Below, one piece after another: positions 7,533 to 16,610 of a stretch of DNA of 17,010 nucleotides. Numbering within the stretch: position 1 is the stretch's first letter; each line of letters begins with the position of its first letter. Made by a program: the position numbers and the translations under genes. Origin of the DNA: Promethearchaeota archaeon (GTDB taxonomy: Archaea; Asgardarchaeota; Lokiarchaeia; Sigyniarchaeales; SOKP01); the NCBI GenBank assembly GCA_030599585.1, contig JAUVNS010000034.1, forward strand, positions 1-17,010. Reading direction: 5' to 3'. Under the pieces are notes generated by a model. That model did no database searches, was not told the origin of the DNA, and was given only the letters and a program-made list of their open reading frames with translations.

Positions 7533-10397
7533 TTAATTTTTTATTATAGGTAATGAAAAGAAAAAAGTGCTTCCTTTATTTCGTCCTTCTGACTCCACCC
7601 AAATTTTACCATCGTGAAGGTTAATTAATTCTTTTGAGATATACAATCCGAGTCCTGTTCCTTCGATGCCTACATCCCAACCCTGGCCATATCTTTCAAT
7701 TTTTCCAAACTGCGTAAAGAGTTGTGCGATCTCTTTCTGAGTTAATCCGATACCCGTATCTTTTATCGATACTATATAATGACCGTTTTTTTGTTCGGAA
7801 TCTATTGTGATTTGTCCTCCTACAGGAGTATATTTTACAGCGTTGATTATTAAATTTGTTATAACTTCGTAAATTTTTTCTTTATCGAATTCTGTAAAGA
7901 TTTTTTCTTTTATATTTACCGTAATCTTCTGCTCTCTCAAACTAGCAATTCCTTGTAATTGTTTTACGCAAAAATTAATTAAAAATGTAAGATCTTCTTT
8001 TTCCTTTCTTATATTTAGCAATCCTTGTTCTAATTGCGAACTTTCTACTAGTGAATTGATGTAGTCCTCAAGGCGCTTACTCCCATTCTTGATCTCCTCC
8101 AAGATCGAGATAACATCGTCGTCTAATTTATCAGAATGTAGTTTTAATAACAAATCTGTGAAACCTTTTATGGATATTAACGGTGTTTTTAATTCGTGGG
8201 AGGTTCGGGAAAATAAATCGCTTTTTAATTTATTAATTTCGCTCAACATTTTATTTTGTTCTTCTAAGTGTTGCTGAGACTTCCATCTTCTTTGCTCTAT
8301 TTCAAGAGCATCGCAAATTAAGAAGAGGACTAATTTGTTTTGATTAGAAAGCGTAGGGTTTTCGGTAAACAATACAACCAACAAATCGTTTAAATCGTTC
8401 CCCGACATTATTAATTTACCGTAGCAAGCTTTAATGTTTTGGTTCATAATGAAATGATCTGTTTTGCTATATTCCGTTTTATCGATGTCATAAAACTCCT
8501 GAGTGAAATCGTGGTTTTCTACAAATATCTGGCTTACAAATAAATTTCTTTTAAAATCATCTGAGTTATATATTTTAACATCCCCCTTATGAGACATTAC
8601 TCTATATTGTTCTTTTTCTTCACGAATAATTTTGTTGATATACAAAACAACATCGCCATCAAGTAATTTAAGGCAAGTTTTTAGCAATAATTCGATGTTT
8701 TGTTGAGTATCCGTCGTGTAGTTTAAAAAGTTTATATTCAGTTCGTAAATTAATTCTTCGTAAATCTTCTTTTCTGTGACATCCTCTAACCACAATCGAA
8801 AACTTAGTAAATTACCGTTTTCATCGTGTTGGTTTAATCTTTTACCTTGGAGCCACTTCATTTTACCTTCGTTGGTAATAACTCTAAACTCTATCTCTTT
8901 TCCTTCTTCAGAATTTAATAATCTTTGCAAATCATCGGGATGAATAATTTCATCCATTAATTTTTTATTTACAATTTTGATATCTTGATAACCAATGAAT
9001 TCTAGCAGTCTAGGGTTGAGGTAAGAGATGCTATTATTTTCTAATTCAATTTCTAAAACTCCAATTGTTGACGTCTCTAATAAGTCCCTAAGTTTTTCTT
9101 CTGAATCCTTAATTTTTTGTTCCGTTAACACTTTTTCTGTTATATCCTCCACAGTAAAAATTATATTCTCTATCTTCCCGTTGCTTCCAATAAGAGGAGT
9201 ACCATTAATTGAAAGGAGGATATCTCTATTCTTAGATAATCTAAAGGTTGCGTGATAGTCTAATAGTGGCTTTTTCGTTTGCATAATAATTTGAAAAGGA
9301 AGCTCTTGTTTTGGTATGGGATTGCCTTCTGAGTCTACAAGTTTGAATTTTGATGCTATAAAGGATTTTTTCAGTAGTTCTTCTTTAGGATAATGCAAAA
9401 CCTTCTCAGCTTGTGAATTTACGTAAATAATATGTCCCTGTGTATCAATAGATAGAATCCCTGCAGGATTTGTTTCCATGATTCTTTCCAGTCTTTCATG
9501 TTGCATTCGTAAATTCTCTTCAGCGTTCTTTCTTTCGGTGATATCTTCAAATGTTATTAAAAGTCCTGCTACTTTACCGTCAGAATTTAGTAAAGGAATC
9601 CGATTTACATCGATCCAGATTTTTTGTCCATTTCTACTTATCCAATATTCATCTGAATGAAAAACTGCTTTATTAGATTCAATAACTTTTTTCTCTTGTT
9701 GTCTATTAAACTCAATCTGTTTGCTGTCCCAGAGTAATTCTTCGTCCTTTTTAGCGATAATATTTTCGGGATGGTCAATTCCTATTAAATTTGCATAATT
9801 GTCATTACACCCTAAATAACTTAAATCAATGTCTTTCCAGATGATATATTGTGGTATATTCTCCATAACCATTTGGAGCATTTCGTATGAGCTTTGGAGG
9901 GCTTCTTCGTATTTCTTAGGATTGAACAATTTCCAAAATCGTATTTCGGGAATGGTTTCAGTTATTTTTTTAAACCGATCTTCCGTATCCTTTAAGTTTA
10001 CTTCGATTTTCTTTTGCTTTGAAATATCTTTAAGAATTACTAAAATCTTGTTATTTTTATTCTCATCAACGAACTTCTTTGCTTTAATTTCAGCCCACAC
10101 AATTTCGCCTTTCTTTGACAGCAACCTTATTTCTTGGAAATAACCAAAAATTTCAACACCTTTTTTTAAAAATTTAGCGATTTTTTTTATATCATCAGAA
10201 AAAAATATTGTTAGAAAAGGCTTGTCTGTCAGGTCATTTTCAGAATATTCAAGCTTATCTAGTAAAGGGCATTGATTGATAAGTTCTATATCGAGATCTT
10301 TATTCTGATTAATGACAACAACTAAGTCGTTAACGATTTCCATAAAAATTTGAAATTGAGTCTTAATATTGTCTTGTTTGTCGTCGTCAGCAATCAT
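7533..10397 (-). CDS. Soluble multi-PAS sensor histidine kinase (about four PAS, a GAF-like segment, HisKA, HATPase_c)
   Basis: PAS/PAC ends DISKQK, DITERK, DITEK and DVTEKK; H-box TSHELKTPL; N-box NLIINAVKY; G1 DTGIG; F-box FTQF; G2 GTGLGL; no transmembrane stretch. Confidence 0.93.
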   Translation of the reverse strand: MIADDDKQDNIKTQFQIFMEIVNDLVVVINQNKDLDIELINQCPLLDKLEYSENDLTDKPFLTIFFSDDIKKIAKFLKKGVEIFGYFQEIRLLSKKGEIVWAEIKAKKFVDENKNNKILVILKDISKQKKIEVNLKDTEDRFKKITETIPEIRFWKLFNPKKYEEALQSSYEMLQMVMENIPQYIIWKDIDLSYLGCNDNYANLIGIDHPENIIAKKDEELLWDSKQIEFNRQQEKKVIESNKAVFHSDEYWISRNGQKIWIDVNRIPLLNSDGKVAGLLITFEDITERKNAEENLRMQHERLERIMETNPAGILSIDTQGHIIYVNSQAEKVLHYPKEELLKKSFIASKFKLVDSEGNPIPKQELPFQIIMQTKKPLLDYHATFRLSKNRDILLSINGTPLIGSNGKIENIIFTVEDITEKVLTEQKIKDSEEKLRDLLETSTIGVLEIELENNSISYLNPRLLEFIGYQDIKIVNKKLMDEIIHPDDLQRLLNSEEGKEIEFRVITNEGKMKWLQGKRLNQHDENGNLLSFRLWLEDVTEKKIYEELIYELNINFLNYTTDTQQNIELLLKTCLKLLDGDVVLYINKIIREEKEQYRVMSHKGDVKIYNSDDFKRNLFVSQIFVENHDFTQEFYDIDKTEYSKTDHFIMNQNIKACYGKLIMSGNDLNDLLVVLFTENPTLSNQNKLVLFLICDALEIEQRRWKSQQHLEEQNKMLSEINKLKSDLFSRTSHELKTPLISIKGFTDLLLKLHSDKLDDDVISILEEIKNGSKRLEDYINSLVESSQLEQGLLNIRKEKEDLTFLINFCVKQLQGIASLREQKITVNIKEKIFTEFDKEKIYEVITNLIINAVKYTPVGGQITIDSEQKNGHYIVSIKDTGIGLTQKEIAQLFTQFGKIERYGQGWDVGIEGTGLGLYISKELINLHDGKIWVESEGRNKGSTFFFSLPIIKN

Positions 10398-10660
10398 GTT
10401 CTTACATCCTTAGTCATAACTAATTTTTATTTTCTAACCTTCGTGTGGCTTCTAATTAAACAAGTAAAACCACATTTATTTATATATATAGTATAAAGAT
10501 ATTAGCAGTATTGTGATATTGCGTAAGATCATAGAAAGAATGTTATATTCTAATAACCATAAAAATTTATTTCTACAAAAATTATTAGACTATAACAAAT
10601 TATTAAAAATTGTAACAATTGGGAAGTTTCCTAAATAGTATAGGAGTGTGTTCAGTATCT

Positions 10661-11503
10661 ATGGATGATTTTTTAAGTTGTTTGTCATGTGGTAAGAAGT
10701 TAGGTTCAAAATCGAAGAATAATACACATGGACAATGCACAGAATGCCTTTTGAAACTAGAACTTAAAACAGAAGATATAAATTTTGAATTCATTCAAAA
10801 ATATCTGCAAGGAATTTTAGATTTCTTTGTATCTGACGTAAGTGCAGCATTTAACAAAGATCCCGCTGCACGTACTTTGATTGAAGTGTTAACGAGTTAT
10901 CCCGGTATAAAAGCTGTATTATTGTATCGTATAGCCCACTTTTTTTGGAAATTGAATATTCCATATATTCCAAGATATATTTCAGATATTGCAAGAGAGT
11001 TAACTGCAATTGAAATTCATCCTGGTGCCGAAATTGGTTCCGAATTTTTTATAGACCATGGTGCGGGAGTTGTAATAGGCGAAACTGCAGAAATTGGGAA
11101 TAACGTAACATTTTACGCGGGAGTAGTCTTAGGGGGCACTAATTTAGAGCAAATTAAGAGACATCCCACTTTAGGAGATAATATCGTTGTTGGTACTGGA
11201 GCCAAAATCTTAGGACCCATCACTATCGGTGATAATGTTAGAATTGGAGCGAATTCTGTAGTAATACACGATGTACCTCCAAACTGCGTTGCCGTTGGGG
11301 TTCCTGCAAAAATTGTATCTAAGAAAGGAGAAAAAATAGACAAGATAGACCTACGACACGGAGATCTCCCAGATCCTATTTCAATTGCTATTGAAATGTT
11401 AGATAAACGACTTAAAGAGATCGAACTCCATTTCCCTGATATCAAAAAACCGAGTAAAGACGAATTAGAAATATTTTACGGCGAATATGGAGAAGGAATT
11501 TAA
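10661..11503 (+). CDS. cysE: Serine O-acetyltransferase with an N-terminal zinc-ribbon-like extension
   Basis: DPAAR, YPG, IEIHPGA, FIDHGAGVVIGETA, KRHPTLG, IGANSVV and GVPAK hexapeptide-repeat motifs. The ORF track starts at TTG 10619; ATG 10661, downstream of AGGAG, is preferred, but the start is uncertain. Confidence 0.93.
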   Translation: MDDFLSCLSCGKKLGSKSKNNTHGQCTECLLKLELKTEDINFEFIQKYLQGILDFFVSDVSAAFNKDPAARTLIEVLTSYPGIKAVLLYRIAHFFWKLNIPYIPRYISDIARELTAIEIHPGAEIGSEFFIDHGAGVVIGETAEIGNNVTFYAGVVLGGTNLEQIKRHPTLGDNIVVGTGAKILGPITIGDNVRIGANSVVIHDVPPNCVAVGVPAKIVSKKGEKIDKIDLRHGDLPDPISIAIEMLDKRLKEIELHFPDIKKPSKDELEIFYGEYGEGI

Positions 11504-11545
11504 GCGTAAAGGGCTTATTTCAAAATAAATAAAAAGGTGAAAATT

Positions 11546-12475
11546 ATGGCTAATTATTACAATAATATTATAGAAACAATAGGAAAGACCCCCTTAGTAA
11601 AGCTTAATCGAATTACTAAAGATGTTAAACCGAATATATTTGTTAAGTTAGAATCTTTTAACCCTGGTGGTAGCGTTAAGGACAGAATTGGCATGAACAT
11701 GATCCTTAAAGCAGAAGAAGAAGGCATAATTGATAGCGACACTATTATCGTTGAGCCCACGTCGGGAAACACAGGGATTGGTCTTGCAATTATTTGTGCT
11801 ACAAAAGGCTATAAATTAATCCTTACGATGCCTGAAAGTGTTTCAGTTGAAAGAAGACAAATTCTTCTTGCGTATGGTGCTGAAGTTATTCTCACGCCAA
11901 AAGAGGGAGGCATGAAAGGTTCTATAACGAAAGCAGAAGAAATCGCAAAGGAAAGAGGAAAAGTGCATATCCCTCAACAATTTAGGAATTTTGCTAATCC
12001 AGATATCCACAGGAGGACCACGGCCAAAGAAATATTTAACGACTTAGATGGTCAAGTCGCCGGATTTGTTGCTGGAGTTGGAACAGGAGGAACTATAACT
12101 GGAGTAGGTGAAATATTAAAAGATAGAGTTGGAGCAAGGTTTAGAGTTTATGCTGTGGAGCCTAAAGAATCTGCGATTTTATCAGGAGGAGAACCTGGAC
12201 CACATAAAATTCAAGGTATAGGAGCGGGATTTATACCAGAAGTGCTGAACACCAAAATATACGACAAAATTATTACTGTAACCTACGATGATGCCGTCGC
12301 AACAGCAAGAAAATTAGCTAAATTGGAAGGAATTTTTGTTGGTATCTCTTCGGGAGCCTGTGCGTGGGCAACTATCTATGAGGCTTCAAAAGACTTCGAA
12401 GAAGGAGATAATCTTGTAGCTTTACTACCAGACGGTGGAGAAAAATATCTCTCAACTGATTTATTTCGTTTTTAA
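11546..12475 (+). CDS. cysK: Cysteine synthase A (O-acetylserine sulfhydrylase)
   Basis: IGKTPLV, NPGGSVKDR (PLP lysine), PTSGNTG, QQFRN, GVGTGGT, GPHKIQGIGAG and GISSGA. ATG 11546 follows an AGGTGA Shine-Dalgarno motif; the ORF track's GTG at 11537 lies inside it. Confidence 0.96.
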   Translation: MANYYNNIIETIGKTPLVKLNRITKDVKPNIFVKLESFNPGGSVKDRIGMNMILKAEEEGIIDSDTIIVEPTSGNTGIGLAIICATKGYKLILTMPESVSVERRQILLAYGAEVILTPKEGGMKGSITKAEEIAKERGKVHIPQQFRNFANPDIHRRTTAKEIFNDLDGQVAGFVAGVGTGGTITGVGEILKDRVGARFRVYAVEPKESAILSGGEPGPHKIQGIGAGFIPEVLNTKIYDKIITVTYDDAVATARKLAKLEGIFVGISSGACAWATIYEASKDFEEGDNLVALLPDGGEKYLSTDLFRF

Positions 12476-12482
12476 GAAGAAT

Positions 12483-13379
12483 TTATTCAATTTTTATTGT
12501 ATCTAATAACAATATATCGTAAATTTTCTTCCAATATTCTTCAATGTTCCACTTGGATTTGTCTTTTATTCTTTCAGATAAATCAAGAAATATCTCTTTT
12601 ATTTCTAACGTGTGAAAATAGTTAATTGACGGTGCGATAACCGCAATCATATATTGTTTTTCTCCAAATCTTTCTTTTTTGTCAGGATAAGAATCAAAAT
12701 AGAGGTAACCACGAGTTTTTAGATTTTTTATTTCTAATAAAACACCCTCTGCCTTTGTAATTTTATCATGACCATAAATTGATGTTGCTACCGTAAATAA
12801 TTGATTTACAATGTCATCTAAAGGAATTGGAAAAGATTTTTCCTCAGGGAAATATCGATTTAATTCTGGGCCGAATTTATCGTCCCAAAATGCTAGAAAT
12901 AAGCAGATAAAAAATTCTTGTTGACTCTCAATAGGGCTTTTCATTTCCATATTCGCAGTTGAAAATGATTCTTCAATTTTGTTGTTTAATGCGTTAATTC
13001 TTTTATTACGGGCAATTCTACCTGCTAATATTGCGAGTAAATCTTTCTCGTCAAAAGGTTTAGTTAAATAATCGTCCGCCCCAAGCAGCTTACCAAATCT
13101 TATATCCTTAGGAGTAGTACGCGCTGAAAGAAATAGGAATGGAATTCTATTCCAACGCGGCTCGTTTGAGATTACTTTAAAAAATTCGTACCCATCCATT
13201 TTAGGCATCATGATGTCGCTTATAATAATATCTGGGATTTCGCTAAGGGTAGAGAGAATTTCTATAGCTTCTTTTCCATTTTTCGCAGTGAGAGGTTTAT
13301 AATTATTAGATTCTAGTAATAAATTTAAGTTATACAACAAATCAACATTATCTTCAACTACAAGTATAAGAGGTTTCAA
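12483..13379 (-). CDS. Response regulator: REC domain plus a probable longin/uDENN-like C-terminal domain
   Basis: REC: LVVED, IISD55IMMP, FLSA and YLTK107PF are all intact. The C-terminal part begins FFICLFLAFWDDKFGPEL and shows no HTH. TTG start. REC is certain; the longin call is inference. Confidence 0.88.
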   Translation of the reverse strand: MKPLILVVEDNVDLLYNLNLLLESNNYKPLTAKNGKEAIEILSTLSEIPDIIISDIMMPKMDGYEFFKVISNEPRWNRIPFLFLSARTTPKDIRFGKLLGADDYLTKPFDEKDLLAILAGRIARNKRINALNNKIEESFSTANMEMKSPIESQQEFFICLFLAFWDDKFGPELNRYFPEEKSFPIPLDDIVNQLFTVATSIYGHDKITKAEGVLLEIKNLKTRGYLYFDSYPDKKERFGEKQYMIAVIAPSINYFHTLEIKEIFLDLSERIKDKSKWNIEEYWKKIYDILLLDTIKIE

Positions 13380-13430
13380 GGCAAATCTAACTGAATTTCA
13401 TTTTAAATTTCTATTACAATAGAATTAGGC

Positions 13431-16037
13431 TTAGTTATTATATATGTCTTTTTCAATTCTCGGTAAAAAAATGTAAAAAATTGCTCCATTTCCATATTCG
13501 CTTTCAACATATACTTCTCCATTATGAAGTTCGATCAATTCTTTCGCAATAGGTAATCCAAGACCCGTTCCGGGGATATCACTTACCTGATCTGATCTAA
13601 AAAATCTCTGAAATATAGATGGAATATCTTTTTCTGAAATTCCAATTCCGTTATCTTCAAATTGGAATAAAACTCCATCCTGAGCATTAGTATTATATTG
13701 CCCTTTATAATGATCGACTGCTATAACCTTAATACTATTCTTTTCATTAGAATACTTCATAGCATTGTCAATAAAAATACGAAATATTTGGTCAACTTTC
13801 TTACTGTCGCCATATAATTTGATGTCATCGCTAATATCTACACTAAAAGTTATATTTTTCTGGTTTCCAATTGGTTCCATCAGTGTTAAGATATCCTTAA
13901 GGACTAAAGATGGCTGATATTTGTTCCATTTCATTTTTCCTTTCCCATCGTCTAATCTCGAAAGCGTTAAAATATCTTCTATCAAGTCTTTGAGGAGGTA
14001 GATATTTCTTGAGATTCCTTCTCTCAATTTTTTCTCGATATCTGGAGTAATTTTATCCGCGTGGTTTTCTAAAAATTCAATCGACATTGTCAATACGCTA
14101 ACTGGTGTTCTTAATTCGTGGGAAACAGTAGAAACAAAACGGCTCAAATTTTCCTCCGCTTCTTTACGAGCGGTTATATCCATTCCATATATGTTCGCAT
14201 ATTCCTTTCCTTTAATAGGGACAATAAAGAGGTTATAAATTCGGTCTTTAATTTCTAACTCCATATCAATATTTTTATTTTTTGAAAATGCGACATTGAC
14301 AGGCGAAGTGAGAACATCTGGAATTCTACTACCTTCCCCTATTCTGAATAAATTTTGGCTAGCTTTATTAGCTAAAAGGACATAATTATTACTTAATCTC
14401 AGTATAGGATTAGGGTTCTCCAATGGAAACCTTGCCATGTCAGCAATTTTTTCTTGTGCAATTTTTCTCTCAGTAACATCGCTCACAAAAGCCATTGCAC
14501 CTTCAAAATTTCCATCTTCATCGAAAATTGGAGACGCTTTTAGAGTGGTAAATACTTTTTTACCAGATTTGTGGATAAACTCAAACTCATGATCTTCCTC
14601 TATGCCCTGCTTACGTCTTTCAAAATTTTCCTCTGCTATTTTTTTTCCATTCTCGTCCATAAATTCATAAAGATTAACTCCAATCATTTCGTCAATCTCA
14701 TAACCAAACATATCTGCCATACTTTGATTCACAAATGTAGTATTTGTTTCATCGTCGATTACCCATATGCCCTCTAGGGAATCTTCAACTAACTTTCTAT
14801 ATTTTTCCTCTGATTTTTTCATCGCAGTTTCAAACTTACTGCGTTCAGTTATATTTGTGAAATTTTGAATTATTCCTACGAATTCCCCCTTAGTATTTCT
14901 GTAAGGAACAGATTGCACAATACTTACGATTTCAGTACCCTCATCCAACTTAGTAGTTAATTCGTACTCATAATACTCTTTACCTTCTTCGATTTGTTTC
15001 ATTGAGCACTTATCAGTATCACAAAGATGCCCAAGTGGCGTTAAAGCAGGATCGTAACATTTCATCCCTAATATTTTCTTTTCAGATATGTGAAAAAGAT
15101 TAGTATACGTATGATTTACTCGTATAATTTCGCAGCCTTTATTGATAACTCTCAGCGGAAGAGAAGCGTTAAATATTTGGTTAAATTCTGAATGAGTGAG
15201 TTCTAAATCATCTGCTTTTTGTCTTAATGATTCGTCGCTTAACTTTAATTTTCTAAGTAACAATCCAAATGGATTCGTTAAGCCAATTTCGATTATTGCT
15301 TTATATATAAAGAAAAATGCGACTATTTTTAATATATGACCGATAAGATTTGAGAAGTCAAATACGCTCACATAAAAGGTGAACGCCAGTTCTGAAACCA
15401 TCGTTGTACTAATGGAAATAACGAGTAAGAAAAAGATCTTCTTATCAAATTCGTTTCTAAACTTATACAAAATTAAAATTGAAGCTAATAAAATGGAATT
15501 TATTACATACTCACTAACAATTTTAAAAGGTGTTAACCCCTGACCTACGATAAAACAGGTTGGAAATAATCCCATGAATATTGTATAAAAAAGAATTGAG
15601 ATAATAATTACACCACTACCCATCAGATAACTGGCATTTACTTTTTTATTAATAGCAAGCGAAGCAAGAAGATAAGAAACTGATTGCCAATATCTTGCTG
15701 CAATCCATAATTGCGTGGGAAGATTCGCATCGTAACTAAGAAAGATTTTCATTCCTGAATAGGATAATGTGTGGAACAAATCTATTACGCTTATAAATAA
15801 GAAGGAGGTTCCAACTATTAAGAAGAAGGAACTATTCATGTACTTTCGAGAGTTCCAACCAATAAAAAAAATTCCGCCCGAAATTACTATGCTAATAACC
15901 TCAGCTATCGAATGAAAAAGTAAATAACTATAGGTGCTCAACAAAAATGTTAGCAATATCCCCGTTATAAGGATAAAATACTCTATAAAGTCCCGCCAAA
16001 AGACTGATTTCTCTGATTCAGATTCTTTAGGAAACAA
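13431..16037 (-). CDS. Membrane sensor histidine kinase: MASE3, PAS, PAS, short PAS-like segment, HisKA, HATPase_c
   Basis: Hydrophobic N-terminal ~250 aa with MASE3 signatures YLLFHSIAE, DLFHTLSY.GM, NLPTQLWIAARY, GLTPFKIVSEY, SELAFTFY and GHILK; H-box VSHELRTP; DNAMKY, DNGIGI and GTGLGL. TTG start. Confidence 0.93.
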   Translation of the reverse strand: MFPKESESEKSVFWRDFIEYFILITGILLTFLLSTYSYLLFHSIAEVISIVISGGIFFIGWNSRKYMNSSFFLIVGTSFLFISVIDLFHTLSYSGMKIFLSYDANLPTQLWIAARYWQSVSYLLASLAINKKVNASYLMGSGVIIISILFYTIFMGLFPTCFIVGQGLTPFKIVSEYVINSILLASILILYKFRNEFDKKIFFLLVISISTTMVSELAFTFYVSVFDFSNLIGHILKIVAFFFIYKAIIEIGLTNPFGLLLRKLKLSDESLRQKADDLELTHSEFNQIFNASLPLRVINKGCEIIRVNHTYTNLFHISEKKILGMKCYDPALTPLGHLCDTDKCSMKQIEEGKEYYEYELTTKLDEGTEIVSIVQSVPYRNTKGEFVGIIQNFTNITERSKFETAMKKSEEKYRKLVEDSLEGIWVIDDETNTTFVNQSMADMFGYEIDEMIGVNLYEFMDENGKKIAEENFERRKQGIEEDHEFEFIHKSGKKVFTTLKASPIFDEDGNFEGAMAFVSDVTERKIAQEKIADMARFPLENPNPILRLSNNYVLLANKASQNLFRIGEGSRIPDVLTSPVNVAFSKNKNIDMELEIKDRIYNLFIVPIKGKEYANIYGMDITARKEAEENLSRFVSTVSHELRTPVSVLTMSIEFLENHADKITPDIEKKLREGISRNIYLLKDLIEDILTLSRLDDGKGKMKWNKYQPSLVLKDILTLMEPIGNQKNITFSVDISDDIKLYGDSKKVDQIFRIFIDNAMKYSNEKNSIKVIAVDHYKGQYNTNAQDGVLFQFEDNGIGISEKDIPSIFQRFFRSDQVSDIPGTGLGLPIAKELIELHNGEVYVESEYGNGAIFYIFLPRIEKDIYNN

Positions 16038-16065
16038 GATAAGTTCACTTTTTTCTTAGTAATTT

Positions 16066-16608
16066 TTAATTTATAGCTGATTTTTGAAAAACTGTATATA
16101 TAGATGTTGTATAAATTTGATGTGGAAAGTTCTGTGGAAGTATATCTTTTATCTGTTTTATTAAAGTCTTGATTAGTTCTTGGTTTATTTCTTTGTTTAT
16201 TAACTCCATGTCAGGATCAAATTTATGTAGGAATAAAGAAAAATCTGGAGTTAACTTATTTTCCTGTAATAATGTAATAATTTTAGTTAAATACTGTAAG
16301 GAAAGATCGTATCGCCCTCGATCTTGAATATCTACCACGTAAATAAGTTTGCTCGATCCTTTAATGTGATTTTTAAAGTTTTTAACATAATCTTCTCTAA
16401 ATTTTTCTTGCCCCCCAAAATCCCAGATATTGAAATCTAAGCCCATAGTATTAAATTTGTTTATTTCAAATCCTCTTGTTGGTTTTATAGCGCTAAACGA
16501 CGTAAGATTTTTCACACCTTTTAAACATAACACAATAGATGACTTACCACTGTTATCTAAACCCATTATAACTATTTTTTTAGTAATCTTAGAGTTATTC
16601 CTTTGCAT
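16066..16608 (-). CDS. Ras-superfamily small GTPase, Asgard Rag/Arf-like
   Basis: G1 GLDNSGKS, G2 PTRG, G3 WDFGGQ, G4 HKFD and G5 TSIY. Confidence 0.92.
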   Translation of the reverse strand: MQRNNSKITKKIVIMGLDNSGKSSIVLCLKGVKNLTSFSAIKPTRGFEINKFNTMGLDFNIWDFGGQEKFREDYVKNFKNHIKGSSKLIYVVDIQDRGRYDLSLQYLTKIITLLQENKLTPDFSLFLHKFDPDMELINKEINQELIKTLIKQIKDILPQNFPHQIYTTSIYTVFQKSAIN

Positions 16609-16610
16609 AT

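Noticed and set aside
13387-13401. Mini-ORF ATG-AAA-TTC-AGT-TAG (minus strand) before the response regulator's TTG start
   Set aside because: A four-codon ORF is expected by chance; there is no evidence of a frameshift, since the REC domain is complete from the TTG.
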